NCBI GenBank assembly: GCA_964291215.2
Contig: OZ219791.1
Span: 3,360,001-3,424,000, forward strand
Source: Alphaproteobacteria bacterium
Lineage (GTDB): Bacteria; Pseudomonadota; Alphaproteobacteria; MPNO01; UBA830
Direction: 5' to 3'
DNA length: 64,000 bases
Part shown: positions 23,787 to 34,357 of the stretch, in pieces
Numbering within the stretch: the first letter of the stretch is position 1
Layout: every line of letters begins with the position of its first letter
The notes under the pieces: generated by a model
The model's input: only the letters and a program-made list of their open reading frames with translations
The model's database searches: none
Told to the model about the DNA's origin: nothing
Translations under genes and position numbers: made by a program

Positions 23787-25468
23787 CCCGAAGTTCCAGA
23801 GATGATCAGACCTAAGTATCTGATAGAAATGACATTCGATACATTTCAGCGGTCTCGGTACACTATGGCTTCACGCCCAGGAGCTTGAATGCCCTTCTCT
23901 GGAGCGGCGTGGGCCGTGTGGTGACCGGGAAGGGTTCGGCGCCCGCAAGGCGGGGCGCCACGGTGTTGCGGGTCGCAAGATCGCCGATGAGGGTGCGGAA
24001 GCTGTGCCCCCTCCGGGCGTCCTCTTCGTTGTCGCCTTGGCCCGAGCGCTCGCCGAGACTTCTGCCGGCGCCACGACGGACGGCCGCCTTCGGCATCCTC
24101 GTCGTCGAACAGCATGGGCTTCAGTCGCATGTGCCATGTAGTAGGCGAGCATGCACAGGAAGATGTGGGCCCGGGGCGGTGGTAGACGGGACGGACCTTC
24201 AGGTCCTTGAGGCTGCGGAAGGCCCGTTCCACGGAGCTCAGCCGCTTGTAGGCGCGCGGGACCGTCGAGCTCGCTCTGCGGCAGGCGGACCACGTAGAGG
24301 AGCCTCGGCAGCGATCGCAGCCTCATCGCGCCCATAGGTGAAGACACCGTCATCGTCGATGGACCACGTGAAGTGCTTCGCCATCCTGCCGATGACCTTC
24401 CGCTCCCCGATCTTCCCGGCGCTTGTCGCGCCGTGTCGCTGCGGCAATCGGTGCGAGCCTCGGTGGCCTCGAGCAGTTCCTGGCGCTTGCGAGCCCGATC
24501 CAGCAGGGGGTTGCGGCAGAGGCGTTCGCCGGGATACACATCGCTGGTGATCTCCACCAGGTCTCTCTCGTCGAAGAGCGACATCGTCGCCGGCCTCCAC
24601 CAGTGAACGGATGCCCCTCAAGGCGCTGGCCCGCAGGCTTGACCTCCTCGCGGGCCTCGGTCCCCCACCACCTTCGCAAAGGAGAACCGCTCCCGCAGCG
24701 TGGCGATCTGTGAGGACACCGTGGCCGGGTGTTGCCGGGGAACACTCGCACCGACACCCGTCCCGGTCGCACAGAAGGCCAAACTCGATCTGCAGCTTGC
24801 CCTTCTTGCCATCCCGGGAATGACCCCGTTGGGCCAAAGGGCATGCTCTCCCCTCCATCCACACGGAAGTCAGGAGCACCAAGCAGCCCTCTTCGAGGTG
24901 CCGCCAGGGGATCCTCTCCTGACGTTCCAGGAGCCGTAGAGGGCATTCTCGTCCAACTCCGCATCTCACCCAAGGTGCTGACCGCTGTCGCCAGCCCCCT
25001 GGCCAGCTTCGAGGCGGGCTCAAGGATGCGTGCCACGATCATGGCGAGAACCTGATCGCGCTCGGGAGAAGGCTTCGGGTCGATCCGCCGGTCCAGTTTC
25101 TTCAGGGTTCCCAGCACCGCGGCGACATGGGGAAGAGAGCGGACGAGGCGTCGTTGAGACCTGCGGTTCCTCCCTTGAGCAGAATGCGCAATCCCTCGAT
25201 GAGAGCGGGCTTGGAAAGGTTGGCGAGGGTGCGCTTCTTGACCGTTCCGGCTTCGCGACAGGACTCGCGGAGCAGGATGGCGGGCGGGGACGAGCGGTTG
25301 GGGATGGATTCGATATACATGGCTACTGAATATGGGCGGAAAATCCATGGATGTCAAGCATCTAACACAATATTACATGGGTACAATATGACGCACGAAA
25401 AATCCGATAAACCACGCTGCATCAATGACTTGACGTGCATTTCAACCGGAATTTTTTGGAACTTCGGG
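23787..25468 (-). mobile_element. IS1634-family element, degenerate transposase
   Basis: 12-bp TIR cccgaagttcca at both ends, TTAG on both flanks; MYIESIPNRSSPPAILLRES, GHSRDGKKGKLQIEFGLLC, ERAFRSLK. Confidence 0.9.
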
Positions 25469-25610
25469 TTAGCGCCGCGGATGCGCTTGCCGTCGGCGGC
25501 AAGCGCTCGGGCGAGCCGGCGCCCGCGGCCGAGCACATCCTCGAGCGCCTCGGGGTCGATCGACTGCCCGGTGGAGGGTCGCCTTGGAGGGCGGCTCGCG
25601 CAGCTCCGTC
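25469..25610 (-). pseudogene. ISAs1-family transposase fragment (continues beyond the IS110 from 27053)
   Basis: EPPSKATLHR..IDPEALEDVL..ALAADGKRIRGA. Confidence 0.65.
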
Positions 25611-25715
25611 CTTATATGACTAGGTTTTGTCCCCTTGATGATGAAATCATCCACAGCAGTTGGGGGCGGGAAAATGTGGATAACCTCGACTATGGGAGAG
25701 CTATGGTTGCAAAGA

Positions 25716-25901
25716 GATTCCGCTCCCCTGTGTGAGAACGTACAGGGGAGCGGGGATCAAACGATCTCCGCGGAGGTTGCCGTTCCGCCCTTGGCTTTAT
25801 AGAGCCGTTCCCGAGCGTGGCAACCTCCTTTGGCGTCCCTTGCGTCCTGAATGGATGCTTGGGTTTGAACCGTATCATCATAAGGCGAGGAACAAGGGAC
25901 G
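25716..25901 (+). ncRNA. Putative IS110 bridge RNA
   Basis: 5' hairpin ccgctcccctgt/acaggggagcgg; loop closed by ggaggttgcc/ggcaacctcc; loop closed by cgtcccttg/caagggacg; loop sequences match the element junctions. Confidence 0.8.
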
Positions 25902-26698
25902 ATGGTTACGGTAGTAGCAGGGATTGATGTCAGCAAGGCCAGTCTGGACATCTGGGGCGTCGTTTTACGAACGACGCCACGGGCACGTGGCTTCGCAGCC
26001 TCGAGGTAACCCGTGTGGTGATGGAGGCGACAGGCCGCTATCACCGCAAGGTTCACCAGTGTCTTCATGACCGGGGCTTCGAGGTTGTCCCGGTCAACCC
26101 GTTGAGGGCTTCGCCGAGGCTTTGGGCCATCTGGCCAACCGCGTTGACGCCAAGATCGGCACGGTGCGATCTCGAGCCTGTGGCTCCTCAGGAAGCCTTC
26201 CTCAACTGCCTGAGGGATCTCCTGGTGCCGCGCTTGTCGACGCCAAGCAGGTGGCAGATGAGGTGGATGGCGAAGGCGAGACCGTCACAAGGGCTTCGGC
26301 GGCCGATCTCGATGACCGCATTGCCGGTGCGGCGATCAAAGCGGTGATCGCCGGTGATCCCGAGCAGAGGTACCCTGACCTCGATCCCCGGTCCAGTGAC
26401 CGCCGCAGCCCTTCTTTGTTGGATGCCCGAACTCGGCAGTCTCGGCCGTCGGCAGGCGGCAGCCTTGATCGGCGTGGCGCCGATGGCCAACGACCACGGT
26501 GCTCGGCATATCCGAGGCGGGCGCCGGAGGCCACGTGATCTCCTGGCCGCGACCTCGGCAGCACGTTTCAACGCGGATCTGGTGCGCCACAAGACCGCCG
26601 GCAAGGCCCACAAAGTCGCCATTGTCGTCGTGATGCGCAAGCTCTGGCGAACACCTTGCTGCGACAGCAGCGTTGCTGGTCGACCGAAGCACCGGTGA
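25902..26698 (+). pseudogene. IS110 recombinase, degenerate
   Basis: VAGIDVSKASLD, VVMEATGRYH, LTSIPG, PELGSLGRRQAAALIGVAP, GKAHKVAIVVVMRKL; many deletions. Confidence 0.88.
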
Positions 26699-27270
26699 GT
26701 GAGCGAAGGAGACACCCTCATGGCCCTCACCCCTGCCGAGAGCGCGATCGGGACTGTATCGACAGTCTCCCTACTACGACACGACTTGGGGAGAATGTCT
26801 GCAGATCATCGTCGAGGTCGACATCAAGGAGATCGAACCGCCTTGGGACACCTGGAACCCGGACGGTCACGTTACCATGCCCGGGGGCGGCAAGGTAGCC
26901 GCGTTCACGTGACCAATGGACGGCAACCCGCCGCCGGGACCACAAGCTTCATGTCGCCTCGCTCGCAGGGCAAATCCCACACCGCTTGTGGACAACCACA
27001 GAAAACATCACCACAGACACCCGCAAAAACCTTGCCAAGAAACATGGATGCTCGGACAGACCCTTCCGGAGCTGCGATGTGAATCGGACAGGATGCGATG
27101 TGCTTGTGAACCGACATCCCCGCACCATGACAACTTCAGTGCAGGAAAGCCAGCGAAAACTGTAAAAAAATCTCCCGCACCAACCCGCGACCCCGCAAAG
27201 CCCAGGTACTGTCTTGAAAAATCAGACAGAATTTAGCGTAAGATCATCCTGGATTTTTGCCTGGTCCACC

Positions 27271-27330
27271 TTGACATTCGTTTTCTTGCCCTGTATATGC
27301 GTCCTGAGGACGCATATACAGGGCAAGAAA
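27271..27330 (+). promoter_or_regulatory. abiE promoter with perfect 24-bp inverted-repeat operator
   Basis: TTGACA at 27271; tttcttgccctgtatatgcgtcct-g-aggacgcatatacagggcaagaaa (27282-27330). Confidence 0.8.
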
Positions 27331-27331
27331 C

Positions 27332-28240
27332 TTGGACTCTACTCAGCAACGAATTCACGGTCCAAAACTCACCCGGGCAGCGGCCCATTTGACTGACCGG
27401 CTAGAAGCCAACGACAAGCCCGTCCTCTCTCAGTTCGAGTTCTACCGGATCGTACTGGCAATGTACCGGGAGTCGTCCGGCAAGAAACTGTATCTGCGCC
27501 GGGAAACCCCCGACCGTGACGATATTGCCCGCTTCCGGTCAATTCTGAAGACCGCCGGTGCGATCATCGGTGATCGGGACTACGGCTCCCGTGTCATTCG
27601 CGTGCTGTCAGTTCCCGATCTGCCGGCCGAAGACATCGTCTGCCTGGTCGACCCAACCTGCTACGTCTCCCACTTGTCCGCCATGCAACGCTGGGGACTT
27701 ACCGATCGAACGCCTCGCGCCCTGGCGCTTACGCGCCCTGACCGCAAGACTTCCGCCGCGGCTCTTCGTGTCCACATGAACGAAGCGATGAAGAAGGCAG
27801 AAGACAACCCGTATCCGCTCACGCTGGTGCAACACCCCCATCGGGTCAGGCGTCGCGACGTCACCATGTACGAGAGCAAGACGGCCGGCGCCTTCATGAC
27901 CAACCGCGGAACCAACATTCGACTGTCGACAGTAGGGCAGACCTTTCTCGACATGCTCCAGAGGCCGGACTTGTGCGGAGGCATGTCCCATGTCCTGGAT
28001 GTCTGGGAAGAACATGCTTCCACGTTTCTCGACGAAATCGCCTCGACCGTAGACCAGACATCCAAGGCGCTTATCAAGAGCAGGGCCGGCTACATACTCG
28101 AAGAGCGTCTGGGCCTCCATCATCCATGCATCGAACGCTGGAAGGCTTTCGGGCAACGGGGAGGCAGCCGAAAGCTGGACCCCACCCGTGATTTCGCCCC
28201 CGTTTTTTCGGAAACTTGGATGATCTCACTGAATGTCTGA
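27332..28240 (+). CDS. Type IV TA AbiEi-family antitoxin
   Basis: DPTCYVSHLSAMQRWGLTDRTP, TVGQTFLDMLQRPDLCGG, RAGYILE, QRGGSRKLDP..WMISLNV; start codon uncertain. Confidence 0.82.
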   Translation: MDSTQQRIHGPKLTRAAAHLTDRLEANDKPVLSQFEFYRIVLAMYRESSGKKLYLRRETPDRDDIARFRSILKTAGAIIGDRDYGSRVIRVLSVPDLPAEDIVCLVDPTCYVSHLSAMQRWGLTDRTPRALALTRPDRKTSAAALRVHMNEAMKKAEDNPYPLTLVQHPHRVRRRDVTMYESKTAGAFMTNRGTNIRLSTVGQTFLDMLQRPDLCGGMSHVLDVWEEHASTFLDEIASTVDQTSKALIKSRAGYILEERLGLHHPCIERWKAFGQRGGSRKLDPTRDFAPVFSETWMISLNV

Positions 28241-28876
28241 GCCTCCACACCCGGTCGACGTCGCTGCCTGGGTCGCGCGCGTCGCGCAAGATCCCGTAGC
28301 GCATCGACAACGCCAAGCGGTGGAAATCATTCTCAACGCCATCGCCATGACGGGGCCGCTCAATACCGAATTGTTCCTCAAGGGTGGAATTCTGCTGGGT
28401 CTTGCATATGGAAGCCCGAGGCAGACCACGGATATTGATCTGACCGCTGCGTTCGCCGCCGATGGCGACATCGACGACAGGATCGGGACATTGCTGGATT
28501 CCGCCTTCCCCCGCACAGCGGCTAGTCTCGGCTATGCGGACCTTGTTCTCCGCACGCAGTCCGCGAAAGGCCACCCGAACCACATTTTCCCGGAAGCCGA
28601 ATTTCCTGCCTTGAAGCTCAAGATCGCCTACGCGCGCCGCCGCACGAATGAGGAGAGAGCGCTAAACGAAGGAACCGCCTCCAGCGTGATCAATGTCGAT
28701 ATCTCGTTCAACGAGCCCCTGAACCATGTGCAGGTCCTGGAATTAACAGGTGGGCAGGAACTCTACGCCTATGGAGTAATCGATCTTGTGGTAGAGAAGT
28801 ACCGTGCCTTGTTCCAGCAGATTCCACGTAATCGTTATCGGCGCCAGGATGTCTACGATATCGATATGCTTCTGCC

Positions 28877-30394
28877 GTAACTGCTCACCCCCTGGTTCCG
28901 GCATGATGTCGGGGTAGAGCAACGAACGGGTTTTCGTGGAGATTTGACACTGCAGGCCGATTCGTTTAGTGGTGGTAATCGAGAACGACGGGGACCGCCA
29001 GTGGGCTACTTTGGATCGAAGGCGACGAGCGGGCTGTGCCAGCTGCTTCCGGGGCTCCGGCCCCCGCATGATCTGTATGTGAAAACGCATCTCGGAAGCG
29101 GCGCGCTGATGAAACGCAAGGCCGGGTGATGGCGACGGTCAACGCGGCGCGCGAGGAGTTCGAAGCGGCCAAGACCGCGGCGCTGCCGGCAAGGTGCCGA
29201 AAGAGGCCGTGATCCGCGTCTTCGTCATCCTGCTCGACATCCTCATCGTCGTCCTTCTGGAGAAGACCACGCACGAGCCGGAACTCCGGTCTGCCGCCGT
29301 CACAAACGGACAAGGACGAGAGCGTGCCAAGAGCAACGGCAAGGGCCCGAAGCCAAACCGGCAGATGGGCGACAACCTGCGCAAGACTATCGTCGAGGAG
29401 ACGGTCGCGGCCTGCGACGCCTGCGGCGCCGACGGCCCCGTCGATCGGGAGCGCCGCACGACATCGTGTTCGAGGTCGTCGAGCGCCGCGCCGAGGAATG
29501 CCCGAAGTGCAAGGCCCGAACCAAGGGCCGGTTCCCCGAAAACATCCCGTGCAGTACGGCATCGGCATCCAAGCCCTCGTCATCAACCTGCTGGTCGCCC
29601 AGATGCTGTCCCTGCGCCGTCGCGTTCGTGCAGGCGATCTCCGGCATCAAGCTCTCCGAGGCCTCAGCTATGCTTTCACGATGCGTCATGGGAGGAGGCC
29701 GCCGTGGCGCACCTCCTGCAACGCCCGATGTCGACGATTTCGGATCAACGGCAAGTGGCTCCATGTCGTGGGACCCTGACGTGCAAGTTCCCGCACCGCA
29801 AGCGCGGGCAAGAGATCGGCCCGTGCTACAAGGGCGTCCTGGGCCTCGTACATGGGCCAGTGTAGCCACCAGCTGTGCGGTAGCCACCTGCTGCGCGAAC
29901 TGACCTTTGTCGTCGAGGCTACCGCGCGACTGATGAAGAGCCTGCTCCCTGCCACAAGGTCAACAAGAGCGCATCCAAAACCCTGAACGACGCCGGGCGC
30001 AAGCGCTACCGCACCATTAGGGCGCCAGGGAACTGCCCGACATCCCGCCGCCGCCGAAAGGAAAACGTGGACGCATCGCAAAGTCCGACGCGCACAACCT
30101 GCACGAACGTCTCGTGAAACACGAAAACCTGCGCTTCACAGACGACCCCAACGTCAGCTTCACCAACAATGCCGGAGAACAGAAGATCAGGATGGCAAAG
30201 GTCAAGGTGTCCGGGTGCTTCCGCACCATGCTCCACGCAAAAGCATGGTGCCGGGGCTCGAGCTACCTCACCTCCATGGCGGCACTCGGCTACAACCCAC
30301 TCATCGCCACCCAGATCACCCTCGACGGAAAAGCCGCAGACATCATCAACGAGCACTACGACCAATCAGAACCCAATTAGGGGTGAGTAGATAC
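28877..30394 (+). mobile_element. IS66-family element type 1 (methylase fragment + degenerate transposase), copy A
   Basis: TIRs gtaactgctcacccc / ggggtgagtagatac; 8-bp TSD cttctgcc; NSGLPPS, HQLCGSHLLREL, FTNNAGEQKIRMAKVK. Confidence 0.92.
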
Positions 30395-30524
30395 CTTCTG
30401 CCTAGCATTCTTGCGGACGAAATTGCTCCAGCAGAAATTCTGGAAGCTCTCCTCAACAAGTGTTCCGCGCGTCGTCTCAAGCCGAACCGCCGGTCTCTCG
30501 ACAATTCGGAGATCAAGAACAGAG

Positions 30525-31526
30525 GTAACTGCTCACCCCCTGGTTCCGGCTTGATGTCGGGGTAGAGCAACGAACGGGTTTTCGTGGAGATTTGACACTG
30601 CAGGCTGATTCGTTTAGTGGTGGTAATCGAGAACGACGGGGACCGCCAGTGGGCTACTTTGGATCGAAGGCGACGAGTGGGCTGTGCCAGCTGCTTCCGG
30701 GGCTCCGGCCCCCGCATGATCTGTATGTGAAAACGCATCTCGGAAGCGGCGCGCTGATGAAGCGCAAGGCCGGGTGATGGCGACGGTCAACGCGGCGCGC
30801 GAGGAGTTCGAAGCGGCCAAGGCGCTGCGTGCGGCCGGCAAGGTGCCGAAAGAGGCCGTGATCCGCGTCTTCGTCATCCTGCTCGACATCCTCATCGTCG
30901 TCCTTCTGGAGAAGACCACGCACGAGCCGGAACTCCGGTCTGCCGCCGTCACAGACGGACAAGAGCGTGCCGGGAGCAAGGGCCCGAAGCCAAACCGGCA
31001 GATGGGCGACAACCTGCGCAAGACTATCGTCGAGGAGACGGTCGCGGCCTGCGACGCCTGCGGCGCCGACGGCCCCGTCGATCGGGAGCGCCGCACGACA
31101 TCGTGTTCGAGGTCGTCGAGCGCCGCGCCGAGGAATGCCCGAAGTGCAAGGCCCGAACCAAGGGCCGGTTCCCCGAAAACATCCCGTGCAGTACGGCATC
31201 GGCATCCAAGCTCTCGTCATCAACCTGCTGGTCGCCCAGATGCTGTCCCTGCGCCGTCGCGTTCGTGCAGGCGATCTCCGGCATCAAGCTCTCCGAGGCC
31301 TCGGCTATGCTTTCACGATGCGTCATGGGAGGAGGCTGCCGTGGCGCACCTCCTGCAACGCCCGATGTCGACGATTTCGGATCAACGGCAAGTGGCTCCA
31401 TGTCGTGGAACCCTGACGTGCAAGTTCCCGCACCGCAAGCGCGGCCGGGAGGCAAGAGATCGGCATCATCCCGTGCTACAAGGGCGTCCTGACTGCTGGG
31501 CCTCGTACATGGGCCAGTGTAGCCAC
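30525..31526 (+). mobile_element. IS66 type 1 copy B, lacking the right end
   Basis: Left TIR present; 8-bp TSD gaacagag at 30517-30524 and 31527-31534. Confidence 0.9.
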
Positions 31527-31699
31527 GAACAGAGCAGGCAAAGATTGGAACACGATGGAGCTGGAGATCGACGATTTGCCGAAGTTCGAGGACAGTTACG
31601 AGCGTGTGGCGACCTTTTATCGATCGCTGCCCTGGGAGGGTGCATAGACGCCATCCAACCCCGTGAGAATTTCCTCGCCGACCTCGGTCGCGGGCGCTA

Positions 31700-32196
31700 G
31701 CCCGCCGACTACATCGTCAAGCCCTTCTCGCGGGTCGAGGTCTGCGCTACGTGTTCACTTGGCGCGGGCGGTGGATTGGCGCTGCAGGCTGGCAGACGGG
31801 CGCCCTCAACTGCGCACCCGTTGGATTGGCTGGCGCCGCGAGGAACAGTTCAGGCGGTTGCCGGGAACAACACGAGGTTTGTTGTTCCTAGTGGTCGCCG
31901 GGTGTTTTCGGGCCTCGTTTGCGTTGTCGCGGATGGTGCGGTGGCGACTGGGAGGCTGCCGTTGCTTGTTGCGGAGAAATTTGTCTCGCCGACGAAGTTC
32001 AGCGGCACCATGTACAAGGTGGCGAACCGGGAGGGCGTTGGCAGGAGCTATGCGCGCGCCAGCGGGCGCCGACCGGGGAGGCGAAGGATCTTTACGTGTT
32101 TTCGCTGCGTCGTGACGCGGGATCGTTCGCCGCTTCCTGTGCGTGGGAGTTGCGGGCGCCGCTGGTCGGCGCAAGAGTTGCGCTCGATTTATCAGC
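31700..32196 (+). pseudogene. DUF4338 (DruA-like) domain remnant, ISAs1-associated type
   Basis: GRGLRYVFTWRGRWIG, RWIGWRREEQFRRL, NNTRF, FSGTMYKVAN; fragmented. Confidence 0.65.
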
Positions 32197-32382
32197 CCCC
32201 GTTCCATAGTGAAGTGCAACACATGATGGGCTGTGGCCATGTGTTTTTAGACGCATGATGTTGCGGAGCTGTCCAGCAGCGGCGAGAGTTCCTGTACAAG
32301 ATGGAGGGAGCTTGTTCATGTCCAAAGGCTACCGTCACCTACGAAGAGCGATGCCAGATTGAGGCGTTACAGAAAAGCGGTC
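32197..32382 (+). mobile_element. IS30-family left end and transposase N-terminus
   Basis: gtgaagtgcaacac TIR-like motif; MSKGYRH..YEERCQIEALQKSG, cut by IS66 copy C. Confidence 0.65.
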
Positions 32383-33880
32383 GTATCTACTCACCCCTTG
32401 TTGGGTTCTGATTGGTCGTAGTGCTCGTTGATGATGTCTGCGGCTTTTCCGTCGAGGGCGATCTGGGTGGCGACGAGTGGGTTGTAGCCGAGTGCGGCCA
32501 TGGAGGTGAGGTAGCTTGAGCTCCGGCACCATGCTTTTGCGTGGAGCGGAAGCATCTGGACACCTTGACCTTTGCCATCCTGATTTTCTGTTCTCCGGCA
32601 TTGTTGGTGAAGCTGACGTTGGGGTCGTCTGTGAAGCGCAGGTTTTCGTGTTTCACGAGACGTTCGTGCAGGTTGTGCGCGTTTGCGTCCACGTTTTCCT
32701 TTCGGCGGGATGTCGGGCAGTTCCTCGGCGCCCTGAGTGAGGATGGTGCGGTAGCGCTTGCGCACGGCCCGGAGGTCGGCCTCGTTCAGGGTTTTGGATG
32801 CGCTCTTGTTGACCTTGTGGCAGGGAGCAGGCTCTTCATCAGTCGCGCGGTAGCCTCGACGACAAAGGTCAGTTCGCGCAGCAGGTGGCTGCCGCACAGC
32901 TGGTGGCTACACTGGCCCATGTACGAGGCCCAGGACGCCCTTGTAGCACGGGATGATGCCGATCTCTTGCTCGCGTTTGCGGTGCGGGAACTTGCACGTC
33001 AGGGTTCCACGACATGGAGCCACTTGCTGTTGATCCGAAATCATCGACATCGGGCGTTGCAGGAGGTGCGCCACGGCGGCCTCCTCCCATGACGCATCGT
33101 GAAAGCATAGCCGAGGCCTCGGAGAGCTTGATGCCGGAGATCGCCTGCACGAGCGCGACGGCGCAGGGACAGCATCTGGGCGACCAGCAGGTTGATGACG
33201 AGGGCTTGGATGCCGTACTGCACGGGATGTTTTCGGGGAACCGGCCCTTGGTTCGGGCCTTGCACTTCGGGCATTCCTCGGCGCGGCACGACCTCGAACA
33301 CGATGTCATAGAGGACGCGGCGCTCCCGATCGACGGGGCCGTCAGCGCCGCAGGCGTCGCAGGCCGCGACCGTTTCCTCGACGATGGTCTTGCGCAGGTT
33401 GTCGCCCATCTGCCGGTTCGGCTTCGGGCCGTTGCTCCCGGCACGCTCTTGTCCGTCTGTGACGGCGGCAGACCGGAGTTCCGGCTCGTGCGTGGTCTTC
33501 TCCAGAAGGACGACGATGATGATGTCGAGCAGGATGACGAAGACGCGGATAACGGCCTCTTCCGCCACCTTGCCGGCAGCGCCGCGGTCTTGGCCGCTTC
33601 GAACTCCTCGCGCGCCGCCCGTCGCCATCACCCGGCCTTGCGCTTCATCAGCGCGCCGCCTCCGAGATGCGTTTCCACATACAGATCATGCGGAGGCTGG
33701 AGCCCCGGAAGCAGCTGGCACAGCCCGCTCGTCGCCTTCGATCCAAAGTAGCCCACTGGCGATCCTCGTCGTTCTCGATGACCACCACTAAGCGAATCGG
33801 CATGCAGTGTCAAATCTCCACGAAAACCCGTTCGTTACTCTACCCCGACATCAAGCCGGAGCCAGGGGGTGAGCAGTTAC
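32383..33880 (-). mobile_element. IS66 type 1 copy C
   Basis: Both TIRs present; flanks do not match (IS30 on the left, IS630 on the right). Confidence 0.92.
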
Positions 33881-34357
33881 AATTTTCAGACATCAGGTTG
33901 CGTAATCGTTTCGGCCGACGGTTCACCCGCTCCTTGCGGCTGAGGGCGGCCTCCGGCCCCCGCAGCGCTTGCGCAAGCGCTCGACCGTCGCCGTGCCGCG
34001 ATGCCCAGCGCAATGTCGGCATCGACAAGTTGAGCGCCGTCGCGCCCTTCAGCATCAGGGCCTGTGCCCGGCGCCAGGCGGCCCCGGTGCCCGATCACCT
34101 TCAGATCCCGGCGCTCCTGCGCCGAAAGGGTTACCCGGTAGAGCTTCCTGCCCTGAGAGTTGGCCATATGCGCCGCTCCTGTCATTGCGCCGAAGACCTG
34201 CGGGCATGCCCGTTGTCCGGACCTGCGCATGGGGCCGCTGCTGCCTGCCTGTTCGGCATCTTGCCCGTGTGGATATCGGCACTGTCTGGATTCCAACCAG
34301 CGCCGACACGGAAATATTACCCACCAAAACCATCAATACAATGTCGGTGTGCTACTA
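33881..34357 (-). mobile_element. IS630 copy 1, 5' part
   Basis: MANSQGRKLYRVTLSAQERRDLK; end homologous to 46010-46172; TA within CTAG at 34356. Confidence 0.88.

Larger units (their letters stand above)
25611..27052 (+). mobile_element. IS110-family (IS621-like) element bounded by CT cores
   Basis: CT at 25611 and 27051; removing it rejoins the ISAs1 frame (VCPRTELREPPSK); no TIRs; recombinase remnant inside. Confidence 0.8.
28233..31647 (+). pseudogene. AbiEii nucleotidyltransferase toxin, interrupted by two IS66 copies
   Basis: LFLKGGILL..SPRQTTDIDL, EKYRALFQQIPRNRYRRQDVYD; segments 28233-28876, 30403-30524 and 31535-31647 rejoin in frame to ..FYRSLPWEGA*. Confidence 0.85.

Noticed and set aside
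25751-25770. Small hairpin cggggatc/gatctccg as the bridge RNA 5' stem
   Set aside because: Overlaps the stronger 12-bp stem at 25720-25753; at most an alternative fold
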